A stretch of 64,000 nucleotides of DNA. It comes from Raja brachyura. Its lineage: Eukaryota. The stretch spans positions 25,296,001 through 25,360,000 of the forward strand of contig OY740798.1 in NCBI GenBank assembly GCA_963514005.1, given 5' to 3'. Position 1 is the stretch's first letter. Every line of letters starts with the position of its first letter. Shown here in pieces: positions 12,551-25,086 of this stretch. Made by a program: the position numbers and the translations under genes. The notes beneath the pieces are model-generated. The model ran no database searches. It was not told the DNA's origin and saw only the letters and a program-made list of their open reading frames with translations.

Positions 12551-15001
12551 TAGCAATGTTACAAAATGTTGAGATTTAAAAAATCAAGTCTGCAAGTTAT
12601 CCCATCAGATAAAGCATAAAAATAAGTTTAATTTGACACCTAAAAATTCACTTTTATATCTTCAGCATTAAAAAACTTATGGCCATTTTCATACTCAGAA
12701 ATTAGCATCTTGCTTTTCCATTGACTTAACACAAAAGCTGTGATCGAGGACAGTCAAAAGCCCATAACTTTATTAAAAATTAAGAGAACTGAATGAAACT
12801 ATTATAGATTGAAGCATTCTGAAACAAATATGAAACATCTTACTTGGATGACCTGAAATGAAAGCATATAATTAGTTAATTACCTAATTGTAGCTAATTA
12901 CAAAATTGACTGTTGTGACGGCAATAGTAATAAACACCCAGACTGCCTTGAAAATTCAAAAATGTGATATTCTCAAGATCAGAACTTTAATATTATTGTA
13001 TTATATGCTCTTAGTCCATAATGGATAGGTAAATAAATTACAATTTCTAGCAATAGACTAAGTCTTTATGGAGAAGATCAGTTGCTAGCTGGCACATTGG
13101 CATATCATAATCAGTAGCATCATCATACTCCTCAGATTGTAACCAATAAGCAACTCTGTACACCTTGTTTTTCCTCAACTTTTCAATTTTGGCATTGTAA
13201 ACTGCAAGTTTTTGCTCTTCAAATCACACATGACATGCCTTTCTGCCCACTACTTTCCCATTAAAAATGTCCTGTAGATTCAATTTCTTAAGAAAAGGAT
13301 ATTTAAAATAAAATAGCCTAAGTATCCAAATAACCCATTCACACAAGAATTCACAATATAACATGATTTTTAAATCTCATTGTCATGAACTTATATGCCA
13401 GATAGAAAGAATGTTTAATTCCCATCAATGAATCTAGAAACATCCACTTTCAATATAATCAAAATTATTATTTTTTTGCACAATATCCCTGTTGTGGATA
13501 TATAGTATCAAAATATTGACTATGGATAGGCAATTACACAAAATATAGACGATTTAGATGCTCTTATGACATGATTGTCCAAAAAAAAGAGAGGATATAA
13601 ATCATCTTGTGAGTGGGTGTTTCTGGAATCTGATCGATTGGAACATTGCATTTGCCATGAATTTAAACCCCATATCGGCAGGCAAAGACACTGCCGGTTC
13701 ATATGGGGCCCAAATAACATGTTTGGTTCTTCTTGGTTCTTGGTTACTTGGTCCTCCAAAATATTCCAACTGGAATTTAAACTGGAGGTGGTGAAGGGAG
13801 GGGTTTAGCCAGAGAGGGTTATTGGGAAGAAAGTGCCACTTTAAATTTTGTTGCATCTGGCTGGGCAACCGTGGTTTGGTGGAGATTATTCCATGCTTTA
13901 ATAGTGCATGGAAAGAACGAATTGCTGTACACATCTGTCTTTGAGGCTGGGATCACAAATTGGATCGAATGCCTTCGTCTGCTCCTAATTGGTTTGGGGT
14001 TGGTGTAGGCCTTGTGATCTATGTCTAGCTGACCACTTAACATTTTGTAAAAACAGGTCAAACGGTGAGGTTCACATCTGTCTTGGAGAGGGTTCCACCC
14101 CAGAGAATTCAGAAGTTTGGTGACACTCGCTTCTCTCTCGTAGGCGTTAGTGACAAATCATGCGGCCTGTCTTTGGACACGTTCGATGGATGAAATGTTT
14201 TTATCTGTATATGGGTCCCAAGCTGCAACTGCGTAGTCCAGATGAGGTCTAACGAGGGTGAAATACAGCTTCTCATTGACAGAAGCTGAACAATGATGGA
14301 AGTTGCGCCTCAGGAAGTTTAGGACACCTGTTGCTTTCACTGTTACATGATGAGTCTGACCATTCCAACGTAGATCATTCTGCAATTTGATGCCAAGATA
14401 CTTGGTTCGTTTGGATTCTTCAAGGGTGACACCAAGTATGTTGTAAGATGTGACGCCTGGATTCCTCTTTCTGGTGACACGCATGGTTTCACATTTGGAA
14501 GGGTTGAACTGCATGCCTCATTGTTGTGACCACTCGACCATAGTATCAAGATCCTTTTGGAGAGCATCTTCATCATCAGCTGACTTAATTGGACGGTACA
14601 GCAAACAATCAATGTAAAATTTTTGCATCAATGTTTGCAATGTAAAATTAGATTAAAGCCACGCCAAGAAGCAAGATTATATGTAAAATACACGACTTAC
14701 CCTTTGTTTTGTCCTGTTTTTGTGATCCGTCACGTTGTAGGCATTGAGGGCGTTCAAAGTTGCTTTTTACTTTAATCCAACTATTAAATTGTCCAGCGAT
14801 TTTTTTTAAATTAAAAAAACCGGGAACGGAAGTCCGATTGATTTTTCTTCATCGACTAGCAGCCCGAGGAAATCCCTCTCCGACAAGCGAGACAAACCTG
14901 CATTATAATCCCACCCCCCACCCCCCCCAAGGCGGGAAAGTTGCGCATATGGCCAGTGGCAGAACTGCAGCGCTGCTGAAGTGGGTTTTGTAACATCGCT
15001 A
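12551..15001 (-). mobile_element. Non-autonomous DNA transposon, copy 1 (hAT-like, possibly hATw)
   Basis: TIRs TAGCAATGTTACAAAA / TTTTGTAACATCGCTA; 7-bp TSD TTTAGTG; colinear with 30164-33965 and 61438-64000. Confidence 0.88.
13721..14611 (-). mobile_element. CR1-group LINE of divergent type, 5'-truncated, nested in transposon copy 1
   Basis: MQFNPSKCETMRVT...LVRPHLDYAVAAWDPY...IERVQRQAA...SFFPCTIKAWNNL; (AACCAAG)n-like 3' tail; absent from copy 3 at the same position. Confidence 0.85.
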
Positions 15002-15719
15002 TTTAGTGTCATCTGTAAGTTTGCTAATCATGCTTTGTACATTCTCATCCAAGTCATTGATCTAAACCACAAACAGCACCAATCCCTAAGGCTCTAGCAT
15101 CCCATTAATCTTTGCAGTATTATATCCCTTCCCTTTTAGTTTTATGCTGTCTTTGACTTTCCTTGTCAGCCATTGCTGCTCCACCATCATTCGTGCTAGG
15201 GTCCCTTTCCAATCAGCTTTAGCCAACTCCTCCCTCATGCCTCTGTAGTCACCTTTACTCAACAGTAATAACAACACATCTGATTTCATCTTCTCCGTTA
15301 TGTTATATATTATGGTCACTACCTCCTAAGGGTTCCTTTACCTTAAACTCCCATGTATTCATGTATAGTCTTCTTTGACTGGATAGCACACAAACGAAAG
15401 CTTTTCACTGTACCTCAGTACAATAAACTAAACTCTTCAAACCACTGTACTCCTGCAAGGATAATTTTGATCCCATCTGCTTATACCTGACCTATACCTC
15501 CACCTTCTTCTCAAGAGCCTCGGTTTCTCGTTGTCCAGTGTTCCTTACTCCTACCTGCCTTGCCATTCACTCTACCCACGCATCCTTTTCTAAATGTCCC
15601 TTTGCCCACAACCTACTCTAATAAACTTTTGCACGTTCCTGTCCAATACCATCAAAGTTGGCCTTGCCCCAATTTAGTTTGATCAGCCCTGTCCTGATCC
15701 ATAACGATCTTAAAGCTAA

Positions 15720-16628
15720 TAAAACTCGTAGCTCGTATGTCGTCATAGCATCACTCCCTGACGAGCTCAATGCGTTTTATGCACGCTTTGATAGGGAGAA
15801 CACTGATGTGCCTTCTCGAGCCCCCATTCACTGTGATGGTATTTCAGTCACAGTCACAGAGGCCGGCGTCAGAAAATCCTTCAGAGGGGTGAACCTTCGA
15901 AATGTTCTAAAAACCTGTGCGGACCAACTGGCTGGAGTTTTTACGGACATTTTCAACCTCTCACTTGTGAGGTCTGAGGTTCCCACGTGCTTTAAAAGGG
16001 CATAAATAATACCGGTGCCCAAGAAGAGCAAGGTGACGTGCCTCAACGACTATCGACCAGTGGCACTAACGTCGGTGGTGATGAAGTGCTTTGAGAGGCT
16101 GATGATGGCGCAAATCAACTCCTACCTCGACAAAAACCTGGACCCACTGCAGTTCGCTTACCACCACAACAGATCAACTGTGGATGCGATCTCGCTGGCT
16201 CTCCACTCCGCTCTGGACCACTTGGACAACAAAAACTCATAAGTATGGCTGTTATTCATTGTTACAGCTCGGCATTTAATACAATCATCCCCTACAAGCT
16301 AGTTACCAAACTCGCAGAACTGGGTCACTGCGCATCTCTCTGCAATTGGATCCTCGACTTCCTCATTCACAGACCAGACGGTTCAAATTGATGGAAAGGT
16401 GTCAGCCTCTATAACAATCAGCACGGGAGCACCTCAAGGCTGCGTGCTCAGCCCCCTGCTGTACTCACTCTATACTCATGACTGCGTAGCTGGTCATAGT
16501 GTGAACTCCATCATCAAGTTCGCTGCCGACACCACTGTTGTGGGACGTATCACTGATGGGGACGAGTCAGAGTGTATTGTCCAGGTCCAGTCTGGGACAC
16601 ATGACAATAAACTCTCTTGAGACTTGAA
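15720..16628 (+). mobile_element. Rex1/Babar-type LINE, RT fragment with internal deletion
   Basis: [44 protein letters not shown]; jumps directly to the ACATGACAATAAAC 3' tail. Confidence 0.85.
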
Positions 16629-16714
16629 ACTGTCGTCGCTGGTCCCAAAGTCCTTGCACATTAACACTTCATTTGTTTTTGAATGATTAAGATGATTGGT
16701 GAGGGCGAGGCTGT

Positions 16715-17973
16715 TTTTTTATATTTCAAAATAGACTTTATTCGAGTAATAAATATATACAATACATCAACCGTGCGAAAAAAATCCATCCGACATTTTC
16801 GGAGGCTATACAAATGTCTCCATACAGTCTATATACATTTTTCAAAATTTTCAAATTTCACGAATCGATCCCCCACCCGTGCAACTCATGTGGCCCCCCG
16901 GAATGGGATACCTTCCCTTATTTTGAGGGGCGTCTCCACCATACAGTGCCCCCCATGTCCAGCAGCGGAAGGACCTTAGACTGTGGCCCTCCCCCACCGA
17001 GCCTTGGCGTTGGCTGCACCGAGCTTCAGTGCGTCCCTCAGTACGTACTCCTGCAGTCTGCAGTGGGCCAGTCGGCAACATTCCCCGACGGACATCTCGC
17101 TCTGCTGGGTGGTGAACAACGCTCCGGCAGACCAGAGAGCGTCTTTCACCGAGTTGATAACCCTCCAGCAGCACTTGATGTCAGTCTCTGAATGTGTCCC
17201 TGGGAACAGTCCGTAAATCACAGAGTCCTCTGTGACGGAGCTGTTTGGAATAAAGCGTACCAGGGACCCTTGCATTTTTCTCCAGACTCTTTGGGCAAAT
17301 CCACACTCTGCAAAGAGGTGGGCAACCGTCTCCACTCCATAGCAGCCGTCCCGAGGGCAGCGTGCGCTGGTAGTGAGGTTCTGACGGTGCAGGAAGGATC
17401 TGACTGGGAGGGCTCCCCTCACCGCCAGCCAAGCCAGGTCTTGGTGCTTGTTGGTGAGTTCTGGCGATGAGGCATTTTGCCAGACAAGCTGGGCAGTCTG
17501 CTCAGGGAACCATGCCACCGGGTCCATCGAGTCCTTTCCCTGCAGTGCCTGCAGGACATTCTGTGCTGACCACTGCCCAATGGACATGTGGTCAAAGGTG
17601 TTGGTCCGGAAGAACCTTTCCACAGACGACAGATGGGGCGGCAGTGACCAGCTGACTGGCACATTGCGTGGCATCTGCGCCAGGCCCATCCTTCGCAACA
17701 CCGGGGACAGGTAGAACCTCAGCAAGTAGTGACACTTGGTGCCCACGTGCCTTGGCTCTACACTCCGCCTGATGCAGCCACACACGAAGGTGGCCATCAG
17801 GATGAGGGCGACATTGGGCACGCTTTTACCCCCGTTGTCTGCTGACTTGTACATTGTGGCCCGTCGCACCCGGTCCATCCTCGACCCCCAGATGAACTGG
17901 AAGACGGCCCGAGTGATCCCTGTGGCGTAGGAAGGGGGGACAGGCCACACCTGTGCCAAGTACAGCAGGCCCA
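16715..17973 (-). mobile_element. Tx1-clade (L1 group) LINE, 5'-truncated ORF2 C-terminus
   Basis: Open 332-aa frame with zf-RVT motif CPRDGC..ETVAHLFAEC; AATAAA plus poly(A) at the 3' end; TSD AGGCTGT (16708-16714 / 17974-17980) inside a CR1 remnant. Confidence 0.9.
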
Positions 17974-18337
17974 AGGCTGTGAATGTTATCTACATGTACT
18001 TTAGTAAAGAATTTGACAAAGCCCCTCCTTTGGTAGGCTGGTCAAGAAGATTAAGTCACACAAGATCCACAGTAAGCTGTTAAATTGAATTCAAAAGTCA
18101 TAGAAGGAAGGTAATTATTCTATGACTCAAGGCTTGTGATAAGTGGTGTTCTGCCAATGAATATTGCTGGGAGACCTGTTCTTTGTAATCTATGTTAGCA
18201 AATGACAAAAATGACGAAGGTTGTCCAATGATACACCAGGATATAGATCACCAATTGAAGGATGTGGATAGTTCCAGAGGACATCAGGATATTGCTTGAA
18301 TTGGAATGTGAAAAAGTTGCCTTTCAGATTCCTAACA

Positions 18338-19169
18338 CAGTGCCCTCCATAATGTTTGGGACAAACACCCATAATTTATTTATTTGCTTCTGTACTCCAC
18401 AATTTGAGATTTGTAACAGAGGAAAAAAAATCACATTATCGGATTTATTATTTTGGCTTCACCATGTGGAAATTACAGCTGGGCATGTACGGTTACTGAA
18501 GGTACTGGATCACTTATCTTCATTGATGACACAACTGCTGATGGTAGTAGCATAATGAATTCTGACGTGTATAGACACATCCTATCTGCTCAAGTTCAAA
18601 CAAATGCCTCAAAACTCATTGGCTGGCAATCCATTGTACAGCAAGTGAATGATTCCAAACATACTGCTAAAGTAACAAAGGAGTATTTCAAATGTTAAAA
18701 AATGGTCAATCATTGAGTGGCCAAGACAATCACCCGAGCTGAACCCAATTAAGCATACATTTTATATGCTGATGAGAAAACTGAAGGGGACTAGCCCCCA
18801 AAACAAGTATAAGCTAAAGATGGCTGCAATACAGGCCTGGCAGAGCATCACTGGAGAAGACACCCAGCATCTGGTGATGTCCACGAATCGCAGACTTCAA
18901 GCAGTCATTGCATGCAATGGATATGCAACAAAATATTAAACATGACTACTTTCATTTACATTACACAGTTGTGTCCCAAACATTATGGTGCTCTAAAATG
19001 GGAGGGGGCCTATATATAAACACTGCTATAATTTCTACATGGTGAAACCAAAATGTATAAAAATGGCCTTTATTAAAATCTGAAAAATGTGCACTTTAAC
19101 CATATGTAAATAGACAGAGGCAAATAAATAAACAATGGGTCTTTGTCCCAAACATTATGGAGAGCACTG
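18338..19169 (+). mobile_element. Tc1-like DNA transposon (IR/DR type), internally deleted
   Basis: TIRs CAGTGCCCTCCATAATGTTTGGGACAAA / TTTGTCCCAAACATTATGGAGAGCACTG; inner direct repeat TGTCCCAAACATTATGG at ~18972; transposase remnant QQVNDSKHTAK...WPRQSPELNPI...GYATKY. Confidence 0.92.
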
Positions 19170-21104
19170 TATATATTTTCCATCTCCCCCTACAGTGAAA
19201 TACTTTTTGCATATATTACACATGCAGGCACAGCCATTATTCAAAGTCCGGTCCACCCACACACTTGGACTACAGCAGTTCACACCATCGGATGTCCCTC
19301 TCCCCTCTTGGCCATCTTTTTGGCCCAGGATGTCTTGCAGCATACCTGAAGGTGCTGGAAGCATTACCCAGCTTCTCAAATCTTTCTTTTCCAGCGCTCT
19401 CCCAGTTACACTGTCTGCCAAGCCTTCAGGAAGCAGAGCTGCCAAGTAGTACGGATTTGCTTTGTAAAAGACGGATTTTCTTTTTTAAAATTGGCCTGAC
19501 TTCCTGTTTCATCTTGCTTCTTAAAAAGCAAGGATATAGAAAGTCATACTGTAACTCTAAAAATTGTAGCAGATTAAATCTATTAGTATTTTAAATTTCA
19601 AGATCTGGATGATTATTTTTGTAATTTTTTAAGTTTCATCTGCCTCCAGGTTTAAACACCGCTGTCAGTTTAGCGCATGGAAATTTAAACGAGCACCAAG
19701 GGTTCTAATTATAACGCTACCAGCTGGAGCGCTATTGTCTTTACATATAGCACTATGGGCTTTACACATAGCACTATGGGTCACAGACTGTTTGGGGATG
19801 GAGGAGAGAGGGAGTGAGAAAAAAAGGAGGGAAAGCAAAATGGCACCGCGTAGAAATACTGATTTTGAGGTACTAGAATACTGAAATGCTCTCAGAATAT
19901 TTGGCAGCTGAGGAAGGTTCCACCCTATCTGTGCCTCTCAGTTTGATAGACTTCTATCAGGTCTCTTATGTAGCTTCTGGCATTCCAGAGAAAACAATCA
20001 AAGTCTGTCCAATTTCTCCATGTAACCAATACCCTCTAGCCAAAGCATCATTCTGGTATCCTCCTGGACACCTATCCAACGCCTCCACATCCTCTCTATA
20101 TTGGGACAATCAGAACTGCACGCAGTGCTTCAAAAGTGGCCTGACAAAGGTCTTATGAAGCTGCATCATAACTTCCCGGAGGTAGACACAAAATGCTGCA
20201 GTAATTCAGTGATACAGCTACATCTCTGGAGAGAAGGAATGGGTGAAGTTTTGGGTCGAGACCCTTCTTCAATAACTTCCGACATGTACTCAATGCCCTA
20301 GCCAATAAAGAGGCTAATTTACAATTATCTACTTGAGTTACTATTTTCAGGGAGTTATGGACCCCCAAGATATCTCTTAACACCAGAAAAATAATTTGGG
20401 AGATGAGATGGTGTGGGTAGAATTATGAAATGCAATTTATGTAAACGAGCAGAAATGGGTGTTTGATGGTCAGCATGGTAGATGGAAGAGAAATTCTATT
20501 TTCTCTAGTCAAATAAAATACATTTTCACTTAGACAATATTGATCTCTGCATATTCAAATCATTCCCTTGCCTCTGGGTTTGATTCACAATCAAACCCAG
20601 AGGCAAGCCATACACCATCATCAATGAATTGGTTAGAATAGTGCAGCACAGGAGCAGGCCCATTGGCTCATGACATCCAAGCCATGTCTCACTGTTTGTC
20701 CAATTTAAAAAAAAACTTGCCAGCTACATAACTTCCCTTCCTGTTCTTGACAGTTAATTTTCCTTAAGTATGATTTTCATTTCTTTCTAAAATTAGTTTC
20801 ACTTTGACCCATGTATTAAAATAATATATAGAAATGAACGAAAACAATAAAGTGAAGTCAGCTGAGATCAAGGGACCAAACTAATCGACTGCTAATCTCC
20901 ATTTAAATCTGCAAACATAATCATCTTCAACATCAGGTAAACTCTGTTCCACTTTAGTGATTTAATGTCTCTGGCCCAAAATATTTGATCAATACATTTT
21001 TTATAAAAAGTAAATTTGGTGACTAAGGGAAGGAACAATTTCTTCCACCATCTATAACAATTAAAAAAATGAAAACATTAGAGGCCAGTTAAAAGCGAGT
21101 TTTC

Positions 21105-21110
21105 TTTAAT
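21105..21110 (-). promoter_or_regulatory. RPL27A: RPL27A poly(A) signal (ATTAAA)
   Basis: ATTAAA on the minus strand ~17 nt after the stop codon; a short 3' UTR is typical of ribosomal protein genes. Confidence 0.65.
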
Positions 21111-21127
21111 TCTTACAGAGTTAAACT

Positions 21128-21268
<141 letters not shown>

Positions 21269-21299
21269 TTAAAATGTGTTATTGACAGTCCAAAGATGC

Positions 21300-22790
21300 A
21301 TTTTAAAGAGAAATCAAGACCCAGCAGGCATAGAGGCGAGAGGGGAAAACTATAATAGGAATCCAAGAGGCAACTTCTTCCAGAGGATGGGTATTCGAAA
21401 CAAGCTGCCATGGTAAGTAAATGAGGCAGGTATAACATTTAAAAGACACTTTAACAGGTAAATGTATAGTAAAAAAGGGATATGGGCCAACTGCAGTCAA
21501 ATGGTACAAGTGTGAATGGAGCATCTTGGTTGGTATGGGCAAGTTGGACAAGAGCCTGTTTTCATGCAACAAGACTACGACAAGTATAGGATATAGAAGT
21601 CTTGGAGAGGATGCAGTGGATATCAGGATGCTGCCTTGATTAGAGTATAAGGATGGATTGGACAATCTTGAATTGTGCACTGTGGGGCATAGAAGGGATC
21701 TGAAAAAAGTGTATAAAATGATGGGTATAGATAGGGTAGACAGTTAAGAGACACGCAGCAGAACAGTGGAACCAGATGCAAAAGTGGCACCCGAGACTTT
21801 TAGATAGGCACATAAATATGCAGAGAATGGTTCATAAGTAGACTGAAGAGGACAGTTTAATTTGGCATCCATATCTGGCACATGGTCAACATGACCAAAA
21901 CAGACCCTTTTGGTCCAACTTACTCATGCTGACCATGATGCCCCATCAAAGCTAGTTCATATTCACCCATGTCCCTCTAAACTGTTACCATCCAAGTGCC
22001 CGTCTAAATGTATTTTAAAAATTGTTTGTACCTGCTACTTCCTCTGACAGCTCATTCCATATAGCCACTACTTCAAAAAAATAACCCCCAGGTTCCAATT
22101 TTATTTTCTCCCTCTCCCCTTAATCTTATGCTCTCTAGTTTTGATTCCGCTGCCCTGGGGGGAAAAAATGCATCTACCCTATCTATTCCCCTCATGATTT
22201 TATACACATCTACAATATCACACTTCAGCCACCTGTGTCAGGAATAAAGCTAGACTGCCCAAACTCAACCCACAACTGTAACATGCCAAAAGCTTTCTTC
22301 ACTATCCCATCTACCAGTGACGCCACTTTCCGGAAACTGGGTACTTATATTTTAGATTCCTCTGTTCTACAATACTACCCAGGCCCCAATAGTTTAACTG
22401 TGCAGGTTCTGCCCTACTGAGACTTCCCAAAATGGAATACCAACTTACCCAAATAATCTCCATTAGCCATTCCTGCTTGCTCCACTGTCTTCTTGATAAT
22501 GACCTTCAATGTCTATACCACCCATTTTGTGTCATCTGTGAACTCACTATTTTTGCCTTGTACATTTTCATCTAAACTATTGATATTGATGAAAAACAGC
22601 AATAGACTTTCAAATCCAAACATAACAATGCCTATAGGCCTCCAATGAGGAAAAAGAGGAAAAACAACCTTCCACCACCACCCTTTGCTTCCTACCATGA
22701 AGCAAATTCTGTATCCAGCTAGTTAGCTCTCACTGGATCCCATGCAACCTAACCTTCCAGAGCAGTCTACAATGTGGAACCATAAAGTTT
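21300..22790. mobile_element. Mosaic of degraded CR1 LINE fragments in RPL27A intron 4
   Basis: CR1 3'-end motifs on both strands, heavily disrupted. Confidence 0.65.
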
Positions 22791-22834
22791 GGAGACGTCT
22801 ACATTGGCGATGTCTATGACTCTTCCCTGATCAA

Positions 22835-23205
22835 CCTTCCCAATTGCTCAGCACTTTAACTCCCCCTCCCATTCCCAATCTGTCCTTTTGGTCCTGGGCC
22901 TCCTCCATTATCAGAGTGAGGCCGAGCGCAAATTGGAGGAACAGCACCTCATATTTCGCTTGGACAGCTTACACCCCAAAGGTATAAACATTGACTTCTC
23001 TAACTTCAAATAGCACTTGCCTTCCCTCTCTCTCCATCCCCTCCCCCTTCCCAGTTGTCCCACCAGTCTTATTGTCTCTAACTACATTCTATCTCTATCC
23101 CACCCACTCCCCTGACATCAGTCTGAAGAAGGGTCTTGACCCGAAACATTCCTTCTCTCCAGAGATGCTGATTGTCCCGCTGAGTTACTTCAGCATTTTG
23201 TCAAC
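22835..23205 (+). mobile_element. Penelope-like element 3' end (GIY-YIG C-terminus and pLTR)
   Basis: AQHFNSPSHS...GLLHYQSEAERKLEEQHLIFRLDSLHPKGINIDFSNFK*, followed by CTGAAGAAGGGTCTTGACCCGAAAC. Confidence 0.85.
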
Positions 23206-24079
23206 CTTCTTGGCTACTTAGCCTACCAAGTCCTCACCGACCCGCACAATAACACACAAACCTGTACACCTTTGGAGTGCAGGAGGAAAACAAATCTCAG
23301 AGAAAACCCACGTGATCACAGGATGAATGTACAAACTTCGTAAGACAACACCCGTAGTCGGGATCGAACCCATGTCTCTGGCACTGAACACTGTAAGGCA
23401 GCAACTCTACCGCTGCGCCACTTCTTTAAAAAAAAATCACTAGACAGTCTTCCATGCACACAACCATGCTGACTATCCCAAACCAACCAGCATTTCCAAA
23501 GCCATGTACATCTTATCTCTCAGGATCCTCTCCAGTAACCCTCCCAACACAAAGGTTGGGCTTGTGTAACTACGCTAGCCACATAGCATCTCTGGAGGAC
23601 ATGGATAGGTGACATTGTAGGAAATACCAAGTTACTACAGCACTGTGTCAATGCATGTCCCCAGCATCTACAGTTCCTTGTGTCTACAGATGCCAGGCTG
23701 ACCGACAGTTCCCAGTTTTTTCTTTGCAGCCCTTCTTAGAGGTACAACATTAGCCACCCTCCTGTCTTACCTGCGTCTAACAAGAATTCATATATCCAGA
23801 AGCTTGTTGGAACAACATTTTTGGACTTTGCAGGATTGATAACACTAACTTGGGATCATCGGTCTGTCCAAAACTATACATTCTGAACTTGTTCATATAC
23901 CACCAATCTTTTGTTACAACTGGTTAAAATACAATTTCCCATTGACACTACTAAGAATAGGATCACAGCATTTGAGATGGCCCAAACTATCTTTCAGACA
24001 AAGATTTGCCAAATTCAGAACATGAAAAGTAGATTGCTGAATTTAAAAATGACTCGGATGCACGGGGCTTACATCTTCA

Positions 24080-24880
24080 GATAGTGAACGAAAACAGTAC
24101 AAGACTTTGGTGAGGGCATATTTAGAATATTGTGCTCAGTTTTGGTCACTGTTAGAGGAAAGATGTTACGCGGAAAAGGGTGAAGAAAGGATTTACAAGG
24201 ACGTTGCCAGGACAGAGGGCCTGAGCTACAGGTAGAGGTTGAGCAAGCTTGGACTTTATTTGTTGGAGCACAGGATGAAAAGCACAAAACCTCCAGGATA
24301 GAACTATACAAACAGGTAACACACGGGACATGGGATTCAATCCAAAAGGACCTTGTTGTTGCCAGATTAGTATTGTGTGCAGTTCTGGTCGCCCCATACG
24401 GGAAGATTATGGCGGCTATGGTATCTAGTGGAGGTTCACCAGAATGATGACTGGATTAAAGGGTATTATCTACCACAGGAGGTTGGACAGGCTGCTTATT
24501 TTCTCTAAAAGGCCAGAGGTTGCGGGGAGACGCGATAGAAGCATATAAAATTATGAAGCACAGATACGTTAGTCAGAATCTTTTTCAAACTATGAATATA
24601 CCAAATACGAGGGGACATAGATTCAAGGTGAGAGGGCAAAGTTTAAAGACGTGTGGGGCCAGTTTATAGTGTGTGGCAAGTGCCTCGAATGCGCTGCCGG
24701 GAGTGGTGGACTCCGGTAGATACGATAATGCCATTTAGAGACTTCTAGTTGGGCACAAGGATATGCAGGGAATGAAGGGACACAAATTATGTGGGTGCAG
24801 ATAAGAGTTGGTCTCTAAAAAGACATTGCAAGATATCTTTATTGAAGGGACCCTTCTTGTGCTGTACAGATTTACGTTCT
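24080..24880 (+). mobile_element. CR1 LINE 3' fragments
   Basis: Degenerate LVR.HLEYC.QFW motifs and the CR1 3' UTR. Confidence 0.7.
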
Positions 24881-24956
24881 AAAACAGGAACCTAGATACA
24901 GTTCCATGCCATAGACTGATGGGTAAAGTGGTCCATTCACCATTTTGCAGTGATGA

Positions 24957-25086
24957 TCATGTCACTAATTTTGTGGCTGACTGGGCTACAAAAGTCACAG
25001 CCAGTGAATAACATTAGTGATTACTCTCCGAAAGCTCTAGCACACCAAAACAACGGAAAATGTAAGGGCGTGACTCTAGCCTCGAA
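24957..25086 (-). ncRNA. SNORA3: H/ACA box snoRNA SNORA3 (ACA3/SNORA45 family) in RPL27A intron 4
   Basis: Minus strand TTCGAGGCTAGAGTCACGC...GTGTGCTAGAG...H box AGAGTA...TTATTCACTGGCTGTG...CAGTCAG...ACA+3 nt; 130 nt; same host gene as human SNORA3A/B. Confidence 0.93.
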
